A stretch of DNA of 64,000 bases from assembly GCA_963828525.1 (NCBI GenBank), contig CAWHEP010000009.1, positions 349,788 through 413,787 on the forward strand, given 5' to 3'. Origin of the DNA: an uncultured Verrucomicrobiae bacterium. Lineage in GTDB: Bacteria > Verrucomicrobiota > Verrucomicrobiia > Chthoniobacterales > Chthoniobacteraceae. Each line of letters starts with the position of its first letter. The first letter of the stretch is position 1. Under the pieces are notes generated by a model. That model did not search any database. It was given only the letters and a program-made list of their open reading frames with translations, and was not told where the DNA came from. Made by a program: the position numbers and the translations under genes. Shown in pieces: positions 21,962-30,995 of the stretch.

Positions 21962-22110
21962 CGGGGAGGCATTACATCATGGCTGACGAGGGGAATCAAT
22001 GTGAAGAACTGCTTTGCCTTGCGATGGAAAACTCCGTGAATGCAAGGCTCTCCCAAATGTCTCGTAAACTCGCGTAAATCCTGGATGCTTAAGGTCCGCC
22101 GCCGTTTTAA

Positions 22111-23370
22111 ATGATAGTGTCGTCAACGCAAAATCGACTTTGGCAGGTCGTGTTTGGCTTGGTTGCCTTCGGGCTGCTTCTCTACTTCTCGCTCAGCCTT
22201 GGGCAGAGGGCGCTTTCAAGGCACACCGAACGGGCGTCACCGACGCGGGACACCATTCCCAACGGACTGCCGGAGCTCGCCGCGGATGCGGTATCCGGGG
22301 AGCTTAACTTAAAGGCATCACAAGGCGGCAAGGCGATCCCACACCCTGCTGGCAAGAATTGCGCGGATTTTTACAAAAACGCTTTCGTCCTGTTTAAGGC
22401 GCTCACTGAGGGCGACAAGAAGATTCTCCGCAGCCCGCGCGAAAAGATCGAGCAAGACAAGGCGGCCGCTCTGTTCGCAAGGATTCAGCCAATCATGGAC
22501 ATTCTTCGCCGCGCCAAAGCAGAAGGCACATATAGCGACTGGGGGACCGGCCCGATCCATTTCGACACTCCGATTCCGCAGATAAATATCGTTCAGGACT
22601 TGGCTCGTCTTGCGCGATGGGACGCGACGTATCGCTTCCCGAACGACCCAGCGGGTGGCCTTGATGATGCCGATATACAACTTCGGTTGGGCGACAGCAT
22701 ACGCGCCCAGGGGTTAATCGGCACACTGGTCGCCGCCTCCACCGACAGGATGACGGTGGCCCTCATCCACGATAATCTCCAAAGCCTCACCCCAGACTTG
22801 ATGGATCAGGCTGCGGGGCTACTACCCTCTGGCGGAACTGGTGAGGAAATGGCGAGCGCGATGGCCCAGGAATCAGACGCGGCGAAGGCTATGATCGACG
22901 CGCTGCTCGACCCGGAATCCCGCGCAAAGATGTTGCGCGGGATTCCGGCAGTTTCCGACCTGAAGGCCCGGGAAATCGAGGCGCAATTACCGACCATTCG
23001 CGAGCAGGGGGAGTGGATTGCAGCCATAGATAAGCAGTTTGCGGCGGAGGCCATGCTGCCCGACGCGCAGTTCAAAGCCTGGTGGAACGAAATTCAGGCA
23101 GAAGCTGTTTCTCGCCCCTTCGCAGCCGAGCTCATCTCTTCTCTCTCAAGCGTTCGCGGAGCAATATTCTCTGTCGCAGTTGATCGAGCGATGTTGAACG
23201 AAGGGATGCAAATCCTACGGAATGGCGGGGGCGCCGCGGAGACGGTGGCTGATCCTACAAACGGCAGACCATTTACGTATTTGCCAACGCTGACAGGATT
23301 CGAGCTGCGCTCGCCCTTTACTTACAAAAATAAGGCAGCGACGATGACGTTTTCAGCATCCAAACCCTAG
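22111..23370 (+). CDS. Membrane-anchored helical hypothetical protein
   Basis: 419-aa ORF with an N-terminal TM and a C-terminal DPTNGRPFTY...FELRS segment reminiscent of pseudopilin-G-like tails. Confidence 0.65.
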   Translation: MIVSSTQNRLWQVVFGLVAFGLLLYFSLSLGQRALSRHTERASPTRDTIPNGLPELAADAVSGELNLKASQGGKAIPHPAGKNCADFYKNAFVLFKALTEGDKKILRSPREKIEQDKAAALFARIQPIMDILRRAKAEGTYSDWGTGPIHFDTPIPQINIVQDLARLARWDATYRFPNDPAGGLDDADIQLRLGDSIRAQGLIGTLVAASTDRMTVALIHDNLQSLTPDLMDQAAGLLPSGGTGEEMASAMAQESDAAKAMIDALLDPESRAKMLRGIPAVSDLKAREIEAQLPTIREQGEWIAAIDKQFAAEAMLPDAQFKAWWNEIQAEAVSRPFAAELISSLSSVRGAIFSVAVDRAMLNEGMQILRNGGGAAETVADPTNGRPFTYLPTLTGFELRSPFTYKNKAATMTFSASKP

Positions 23371-23372
23371 CT

Positions 23373-24137
23373 CTACCCTGCGTTGAGCATACCGATCAGT
23401 CGCAGGCCCTCCAGCGTCAGATTTGGATGAACCCGTTCGATCTCAGGCAGTTTGGCGGCTATAAGTTTCGCGTAGCCGCCAGTGGCAATAACGCGCGGCG
23501 CCGTTTTCCCCAGTTCGGACTTTATCTGAGCCAGAATCTCTTTGACCAAGCCCCGGTAACCGAAGACCGCTCCCGCGAGCATTGCGGCGCGCGTAGATTT
23601 GCCAATAGCCCGAACTGGTTCCAACAGATTGATCTTCGGCAGGAGCGCCGCGCGTTGATACAGGTATTCGGTCATCACCTCCAAACCGGGAGCAATCACG
23701 CCGCCGATGTATTTCCTCTCCCTGGAAATGATATCGAAGGTGACCGCAGTCCCGAAATCCACTACGATGACGGGCGCCCCGTAGATCGCGACGGCGCTTG
23801 CCGCGTTTGCAAGCCGATCAGCTCCGATTGACTCAGGTTTGGGGTATTCGATGCCCACTCCTAGATCGAGGTGAGAACCCACTCTCAAGACCGTGTGACC
23901 GGCAAAGAAGCGCGCGATGGCGCGCTCCTTTTGAGGAACCACTGACGAAATCACCGCAGTCTGATATTCGCGTCCGCCAAGTGCCTTCTTGAACCCAGGA
24001 AGAGTAAGGCTCGGCGTTGGGACTCGGAGAACACGGCCCACGCGGGCGCTGCTCGAGAAGGCCACCTTCGTGAACGAGTTGCTGATGTCTATGAGGAGGA
24101 ATTCGGCAGACCTTGGAGTGACAATGCCCGGTTTCAC
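23373..24137 (-). CDS. coaX: Type III pantothenate kinase
   Basis: LLIDISNS, IGADRLAN, VVDFGTAVTFD, GGVIAPG, ATGG, LTLEGL; GTG start at 24137 is inferred. Confidence 0.93.
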   Translation of the reverse strand: MKPGIVTPRSAEFLLIDISNSFTKVAFSSSARVGRVLRVPTPSLTLPGFKKALGGREYQTAVISSVVPQKERAIARFFAGHTVLRVGSHLDLGVGIEYPKPESIGADRLANAASAVAIYGAPVIVVDFGTAVTFDIISRERKYIGGVIAPGLEVMTEYLYQRAALLPKINLLEPVRAIGKSTRAAMLAGAVFGYRGLVKEILAQIKSELGKTAPRVIATGGYAKLIAAKLPEIERVHPNLTLEGLRLIGMLNAG

Positions 24138-24204
24138 TGGAGCGCAAAGTATCCCCGCCTGGAAGCTGTGTCGAGACGACTGCACTGCTCCGCGCCAGCC
24201 ATTT

Positions 24205-24407
24205 GACAAGGTTCTGTTTAGTGCGAACGTGCCGACCCTTCAGGTGGGATTTACCGGCGGTAGCGGAACTCCGTTGAAACTGGGCAATAAACCTAGTGAG
24301 GTTGGAATCCTCAATCGCCGACACCTCCTGCGCGGACTCTGAATCGCTTTAGCCCAAGTCGGGCACCCCATTTGCTATAAGGTTCTCTTGTCTTCGAGAA
24401 ATCGAAG
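24205..24407 (+). ncRNA. Candidate structured ncRNA or leader with a tRNA-like cloverleaf (family unassigned)
   Basis: Nested complementary helices: 24205-24211/24386-24392, 24229-24236/24358-24366 and 24255-24261/24314-24320. The innermost encloses three hairpins. G-U pairs indicate the + strand. Confidence 0.5.
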
Positions 24408-24418
24408 CTTAAGAATCC

Positions 24419-27400
24419 ATGGCGAAAATATTTATCACCCTCCCTGATGCCGGTCAGATGACCCATCAGCTTGCGGGGGACGTCATCACTGTCGGGCGAT
24501 ATCCCGATAACATGATCCAGATAAACCATGCATCCATTTCTGGGCATCATGCCCGGCTCATTGGGCACAAGGGCCGGTATCGACTGCAGGATTTAAATTC
24601 CACGACCAAAAGTTTTGTAAACGGAAAGCCGATTAATGAGGCAGACCTGCCCGTCTCATGCGTAGTCCGCTTTGGAGCTATTGAATGTGTGTTCAAAGAT
24701 GAGGCGCTGCCTGCGGCAGGAGATCCGCATGCCACTCGATTGGCGGAAGCTCAGCGGCAGATGGAAGCCATCATTCGCGCGCGAGATGCTCTGCACCAGC
24801 AGATCCAAGATCTACAGCGGCAGAGGGATGCCGCCGTGCAAACCAACGAGGAGAACGCATACGAACTCGAAGAATTGCGAAGCAAGGTAAAGCTTCTCGA
24901 TAGCGACCGCAACGCGATCCGGTCCCGCAACCAGGAGATGGCAGCGCAACTGGAGCAGAATGGGAAGAACGGCGCCCGGGAGGGTGAAAATGGCACGGGA
25001 CTGAAACTGGCCGAAGCGCGCGTTCAACTGGATGTTCTTTCGAAGGAGAGCGCGGCGAATCAGGAAAAATACGAGGCTCTAGCGGTATCTCTGAAAGAAG
25101 CTCGTGACCAGATCGCCTCGCTGACGCGCGAGCGTGACGTCGCCTGCGAAGAGGCCCGCCGGTTTTCTGGACAGGTGAGCGCCGCGTCAGGAAGCCACGC
25201 TGAGATGGAGAGTGATCTGGCGGAACGCCGGAAGGAAGTTGCGGAATTGGGAAAACAGAGGGACGCAGCCGAGAAGAAGCGCGATGAGGCTACGGCTGAG
25301 ATCTCCACTCTTATAGAACAGGTCGCCGCGGCGTTCGCTGAGCGTGATTCAGCGCTGAAGGAGAAATGCCTCTTTGCGGAGTCCCTCGCTGAGACCCGGC
25401 AACAACTCGAGATGCTTGTGCAGGAGCATGACGCCGGCGAAGGGATCCGGGCGAAGCTTGCTGAGAGCCTGGACCTCGAGCGGAAGCAAACGCTGGTTTT
25501 GAATGAAAATGCCAGCGCATCAAGAGCGCGGATGGAGCAACTCTCGGAAGAATTAACGCGTTCCGGGCAAAGGGCGGCGGCGGCTGAAAGCGAGCGAGAC
25601 GCGGCGCTCAGCGGCAAGGAGGAACAGGCAAAATATCTGGGGGAGGCATCTCAGCAAATAAAGACGCTCACGGGAGAACGCGACAACGCGCGGGCAGAGC
25701 GGGAGGAACTCGCGGCAACGATCGAAGAGCTTCAAAGCAAACACGCCAGCGCCCTGGACAAGCAGGCGAAAGCTGCGGCTCGTGATTTGGAGATGATGAC
25801 AGCGCAACTGGCTGAGGCCACCGAGAAAGCTGCCATCCTCACGAAGCAGCGCGAGGCGGCTGAACAAGGACACGAAAGGCTAAATGGGGCGTTGAATGAG
25901 GTCCGGCTGCAACTCGAAACAACCGTTCACGAGCGGGAAACCTTAAGCGCTGAACGCAACCTCCTTGCCGGAACGCTGGAGGAGCGGAACCGGGAGAATG
26001 CCGGCCTCATCCAGGTGAAGAGCGAGCAGCAGAGAAGCATTGAAGACCTGTCTGCGCGGCTGGCGGAGTTGCTGGAGAAAAATAATTCGCTCACGCGCGA
26101 GCGGGATGCCGCCGCGCAGGGCCACGAAGGCCTCTCGGGGATGTTGGAAGATCTTCGCAAACAAGCCGCCGCGCTTACAGCAGACCGCGCGGGGCTGGAG
26201 AATCGCACCAAAGAATTGACCTCCGCTCTCGGGGAGCAGGCGGCGCAACTGGATGAACTCAGGAAAAAGAGCGAAGCCACACTCGCGGAGCGTGAAGGGC
26301 TGGCGACAGAGGCCGAGGCAACGCGCGAGGAACTGCGCTCGCTGAAGCAGGAACTCGAACACGCAAAGAGTGAACACCTCGGGGCCTCAAAGAAGCTGGA
26401 AGCGGAAACGCAGCGGGTGTCTCAACTGTCCGAGAAGCACGCGGAGGCTCACCACCAATTGGAAGCCGCCGCAGGTGAAAAGCAGGCGCTCCTCGCGCGC
26501 CAGGAACAACTGGCGCGTGACTTGAATGCCCGGGAAGCGGACACCGCGAAGTTCATGGAGCAAGAAGCACTCTCCAGGAAGGACAACGAACTGCTGGCCG
26601 CGGCGCTCAAAGCAGCGAACGAGAAGATGGAATCTTTCTTCAACGAGAAGGAAGGCATCCGCCAGGAACTCGACTCAGCGCGCCTCGAATTGGAATCGCT
26701 CCACCAGCAGAAGCGGGATTGGGCGAGTCAGTCCGATGACATGCGCCGGGAGATTACGGCATCCACCGATTTGCGGAAGCAAACTCAGTTGGCGGCGGAA
26801 AAGACGTCGAAAAGCCTCGCTGAGGCGCGGGAGAGTCTAAAGAGCGCGACCGAAAACAACCAGGTCGCGGCGCAAGCTCTGCAAGACCTTTCCGATGCCC
26901 GCGCGAAAGCGGAAGCCATGACAACAGAGTTAAAGGCGTTGCGCGAGCGCTGCCAGGAACTCACCGCGAACCTCAAAGAGCATCAACAACAGCCGGAGTC
27001 CGCGAAAGCGGCGGAAAGCTACAAGGCGGCGCTCAGCAAAAAAGATGAGGAGATCGTGCGCCTCAAGCATGAACTTGGCATCGCAGCCAAAAAATCAAGA
27101 GTCGCGCCGGCACCCGAAACGGTCGCGGCAGGAGCCTCCCCTCCCCCACCGGCGGCCGAACCTCCGCCCTCTCCTGGTTTCCGCACCCTGCGTCTCGAGA
27201 AAAACCCGGAGGCAGATAAACCTTCTCCGATGCCCGCGGGGCCAGTCACAGTGCCCGTTCTCCTCGCCGCGATGAGAAACCGTCTCCATTATTTCATCCG
27301 GCATCCAAATGACGCTTCCATTCTCGACGAGCTTGCCCGCCATACAGCGCAGATTCAGGAGCTCACGGGGGCGGGCGACTCGAAGGCTTCCAGCCGCCTT

Positions 27401-27931
27401 GCCACGCTGCTGGGGGACATGATTGCCGATTTGTGCAAACGTCCGGATCAGGTGAATCCAGCGACCCTGCGCACACTCAGCCAGTCCGTGGACTTTCTCT
27501 CAACGCTGCAGGAATCGAAGAACGCCTCAAAATCGGTGGATCTGCCGTCCGGCACGGCTTTCGTAGTGGATGACGACCCAGGCATATTGGAGGCGATCGT
27601 GCCGGCTCTAAAGCACGCGGAACTCGATGTCTGCTGCACCGAACAGCCAAAGGACGGTCTGAAGACGCTCGCCGCGCGGAAGTTCGACTTGATTCTGCTC
27701 GATGTCGGTCTGCCCGACATTAATGGAATGGATCTCTGCACGAAAATACGGGGACTTCCCGGCCAGCAGAAAACGCCGATCATCTTTCTGACTGGCATGG
27801 ATACCGTCCAAAACCGCGTGCAGTCGATGCTGAGCGGCGGCAACGATTTCATCGGCAAGCCCTTCAACACGCTCGAACTTGCCGCGAAATCGCTGATCTG
27901 GGTTCTCAAAGGCCAGCTCGGCCTGACGTGA
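24419..27931 (+). CDS. FHA domain - long coiled coil - Hpt-like helical domain - response regulator receiver protein
   Basis: FHA (VGRYPDN...SISGHHA...DLNSTTKSFVNG); ~780-aa heptad region; Pro-rich linker; REC (VVDDD...LLDVGLPDING...FLTG...KPF). Confidence 0.88.
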   Translation: MAKIFITLPDAGQMTHQLAGDVITVGRYPDNMIQINHASISGHHARLIGHKGRYRLQDLNSTTKSFVNGKPINEADLPVSCVVRFGAIECVFKDEALPAAGDPHATRLAEAQRQMEAIIRARDALHQQIQDLQRQRDAAVQTNEENAYELEELRSKVKLLDSDRNAIRSRNQEMAAQLEQNGKNGAREGENGTGLKLAEARVQLDVLSKESAANQEKYEALAVSLKEARDQIASLTRERDVACEEARRFSGQVSAASGSHAEMESDLAERRKEVAELGKQRDAAEKKRDEATAEISTLIEQVAAAFAERDSALKEKCLFAESLAETRQQLEMLVQEHDAGEGIRAKLAESLDLERKQTLVLNENASASRARMEQLSEELTRSGQRAAAAESERDAALSGKEEQAKYLGEASQQIKTLTGERDNARAEREELAATIEELQSKHASALDKQAKAAARDLEMMTAQLAEATEKAAILTKQREAAEQGHERLNGALNEVRLQLETTVHERETLSAERNLLAGTLEERNRENAGLIQVKSEQQRSIEDLSARLAELLEKNNSLTRERDAAAQGHEGLSGMLEDLRKQAAALTADRAGLENRTKELTSALGEQAAQLDELRKKSEATLAEREGLATEAEATREELRSLKQELEHAKSEHLGASKKLEAETQRVSQLSEKHAEAHHQLEAAAGEKQALLARQEQLARDLNAREADTAKFMEQEALSRKDNELLAAALKAANEKMESFFNEKEGIRQELDSARLELESLHQQKRDWASQSDDMRREITASTDLRKQTQLAAEKTSKSLAEARESLKSATENNQVAAQALQDLSDARAKAEAMTTELKALRERCQELTANLKEHQQQPESAKAAESYKAALSKKDEEIVRLKHELGIAAKKSRVAPAPETVAAGASPPPPAAEPPPSPGFRTLRLEKNPEADKPSPMPAGPVTVPVLLAAMRNRLHYFIRHPNDASILDELARHTAQIQELTGAGDSKASSRLATLLGDMIADLCKRPDQVNPATLRTLSQSVDFLSTLQESKNASKSVDLPSGTAFVVDDDPGILEAIVPALKHAELDVCCTEQPKDGLKTLAARKFDLILLDVGLPDINGMDLCTKIRGLPGQQKTPIIFLTGMDTVQNRVQSMLSGGNDFIGKPFNTLELAAKSLIWVLKGQLGLT

Positions 27932-28002
27932 CGCGCCGCCAGGATCGAACTCGCGGGAATCAAGTTTACAGCGCGGATAGATAGGATAGTCTCCCCACAT
28001 TC

Positions 28003-29470
28003 ATGCGTCTCCAGACCTGGAGGGTTCTCCTTTCCACATTGCTGCTGGGTTCTCCCGCGTTTGCCAGCGGTGAACTGCCAATCCAAAAAAGCCTCATTCG
28101 CGTCACGACCACGGCCCAGGACGCGAACTATCGCGAGCCATGGGAGCCGGGGCAAATAGGGGGGGGCGTCGGCGCGGGCTTCATCATAGACGGTTCACGC
28201 GTGATGACGAACGCGCATGTGGTGAGCAACGCCCGGTTCGTGAGTCTCGAGAGGGAGAATGACCCGCGGAAGTATATAGCCTCTGTCGAGTTTGTGGCGC
28301 ACGATTGCGATCTCGCTGTGTTAAAGGTGAGCGATCCTGCGTTCTTCACAAATACAGTCGCGCTTGAGTTCGGAGATATACCCGCCATAGAATCCAGCGT
28401 CTCCGTATATGGATATCCCATCGGCGGGGAACGCCTTTCCGTCACGCGAGGGGTGGTATCACGCATTGATTTTCAGACTTACGCGCATTCCGGTGTGGAC
28501 CAACATCTGTGCATCCAGATCGACGCCGCGATAAATCCCGGGAACAGCGGCGGCCCGGTCATGCAAAGCGGCAAAGTCATCGGGGTGGCATTCCAAGGCT
28601 ACGGGGGAGACATTGCGAACGCGACCGGTTACATGATTCCGACGCCCGTCATCAAGCGCTTTTTGAAAGACATCCAGGATGGGCATTACGACAAGTACAC
28701 TGGATCTTTCGATCAACTGGTTCAACCTGCAAAACCCGGCGGAAAGACGCGCGCTCGGGCTGAAGGACGATGACACCGGCGTCTATGTGAGCAGCGTCGC
28801 CAGCGCCGGGAGTTCCGCGGGGGTTGTAAAGGCCGGAGATGTACTGCTCGCCATCGATGACTTGCCCATCGCGAGTGACGCCTTCGTGGTGCTGAATGGG
28901 GAGCGCATCCAAATGTCGGAAGTAGTCGAACGCAAATTCAAGGGAGACAAGGTCAAATTGAAGGTGCTTCGAGACAAACAGGAGATTGAGGTGACAGTGG
29001 ATCTGAAAGAGGCATGGCCGTTCTCGATGCAGGCTAACAGCTACGATGTGAAGCCTCGGTTTGTGCTGTTCGGCGGATTGCTGTTCCAGCCGCTCTCGCG
29101 AAATTTCGTCGAGGCAAACCAGGTAGACGATCTGCGGGTCCGCTATTTCTACGATCTTTTTGTAACCGATGAGATATACAAGGATCACCCCGATATTGTC
29201 GTGCTTGGCGCGATCCTGCCAGACCCGCTGAATACCTATCTCGGTGAATTCAAGAACGGCATAGTGGACGAGGTGAACGGAATGCGGATCAAGAGACTGG
29301 ATGACCTGGCCAAGGCATTCGAAGCTCCAGCGGACTATTATGTCATCAAGCTGCTCGGCATCGGACGTCCGATCGTTCTCGAGCGGAAGGCAGTTGACGC
29401 GGCAAGGGATCGAATCCGTACAAGGTATAACGTTTTGAATGAAGAGAATCTTGATGAACACGCGAATTAA
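28003..29470 (+). CDS. HtrA/Deg-family serine protease with PDZ domains (plant Deg2/Deg9-like); frameshift ~28699
   Basis: Signal peptide; intact triad TNAHVV, DCDLA, AINPGNSGGP; PDZ (GDVLLAID) and GGLLFQPL in the second frame. Confidence 0.9.
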
Positions 29471-30958
29471 ATCGCCTCTCCGGGCGGCCCGGCTCTTTGC
29501 ATGTCTCAGCCTGTTTGCCGCAGGTCTCAACGCGGCTCAGGTGCAAGTGACAACCGACAAGCAGGTCTCCGTCGTTCGCGTCAATGTCACCAACCAGTCC
29601 TATGATTTTTTCCATCCCTGGAGCAAAAAACCCCCCTACTCCAGGCGCGCGCTGGGCGCGGTGCTGGCAAACCATGAAGTCCTTGTCACAGCGGAACTGG
29701 TTGCAAACGCGGACTTCGTGGAACTCGAGCGGGCGGAGAGTGGTGAAAAGGTTGCCGCTCAGGTTGAAGTAGTCGATTACGAGGCCAATCTGGCGTTGCT
29801 CAAGCCCTCCAGCGACCGCTTCCTCGACGGGATCAAGCCTTTGGAATTGAAGACCGTTGTCTCAGCGGGTGATCAACTGGCGATATGGCAACTTGAGAGC
29901 ACCGGGGCTCTGCTCATCACAAACGCTCTGCTTACCACCGTGGAGGTCTCACGCTATCCTGTGGATGACATGGCGTTGCTTACCTACCGCATGACGTCAT
30001 CGCTTCAGTGACCGGGACGGGAGTTTCACTGTTCCTGTTGTCAAAGACGGCAAGCTGGCTGGGATCCTTATGCGTTACGATTCGCGCACACAGAATGTCG
30101 ACGTGATCCCATCGCCAGTCATAGAGCACTTTCTCAAGGACGCGAGCGGCTCCAAGTATCACGGATTTCCGCGGGCCGGGGTTCTTTTTGCCGGAACGAG
30201 GGATCCTCAGCTTCGGCGCTACGCGGGTCTGGATGCAGGGCAGTCAGGCGGTGTGTATGTGACGGAAGTGCAGAAAGATGGCCCCGCAGGCACGAGTGGC
30301 ATCCAGCGTGGCGACGTCATCCTGGAAGTAGCAGACAAGACAGTGGATCAGGATGGGAACTACCAGGATCCTCTGTACGGCAAAATTTCCATCATACATC
30401 TCATCTCCACCCGGAACTACGAAGGCGATACTCTGAAGCTGAAGATATTCCGGCAGGGCAAAACTATGCCCGTGGAGATCAAGGTGACGCACCGCCCAGT
30501 GGAAGATTACGCCATCGAGCCTTATATCATCGATCGGCAGCCAAGCTATTATGTATTGGGGGGCCTCGTGATGCTCCAGCTCTCACGCCAATATCTCAAG
30601 GAATGGGGACTTGAGTGGTATAAGAAAGCTCCCGAGCGCTTCGTCTATTATGATCGCTTTCAATCGGATTCTTTTTCCTGAAGCGGGACGCAAGGTGGTC
30701 ATCCTTAGCCAGGTTTTGCCTTCGGCTACTACGATCGGATACGACGATCTCGCATACCTCGTCGTGACTAAAATCAACGGGGTCGAGATAAACGGAATCG
30801 CCGATGTCGCCAAGGCGGTCGAACACCCTGTCGATGGCTTCCACAAAGTGGAATTTGATGAGCATCCAAAGGTGCTCTATCTGGACGCAAAGCAAGTGGC
30901 GGAAGGCAACGATTCCCTAATGAAGCGTTACGGCCTGCCGAGTCTCAAACGACTCTGA
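29454..30958 (+). CDS. Deg/HtrA paralog with degenerate catalytic triad and PDZ domains; frameshifts ~30010 and ~30670
   Basis: Three ORFs (29439-30011, 30070-30681, 30611-30958) are colinear with the upstream protease. Triad equivalents read VTAELV, EANLA and RDGSFTVP. Confidence 0.82.
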
Positions 30959-30995
30959 CATGCGCTGAGCTTTCTGAAGTTTTTGCTCACCAATC

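Noticed and set aside
24254..24325. Canonical tRNA gene
   Set aside because: The D-loop has only 4 nt and lacks GG, the linkers are misplaced, the anticodon-like loop lacks U33, the T-loop is TTGGAAT, and no CCA follows the stem. It is kept only as a tRNA-like ncRNA candidate.
24237..24330. FMN riboswitch (CTTCAGG, ACCGGCGGTA and GCCGACA fragments)
   Set aside because: The first GGTGAAATTCC hairpin and the AGTCxGGATG 3' segment are missing, and the adjacent genes are unrelated to riboflavin.
30009..30011. Selenocysteine or readthrough TGA in the second Deg gene
   Set aside because: The downstream homologous sequence is in a different frame, so readthrough cannot join them; deleting one G restores both the frame and a GTAC site.
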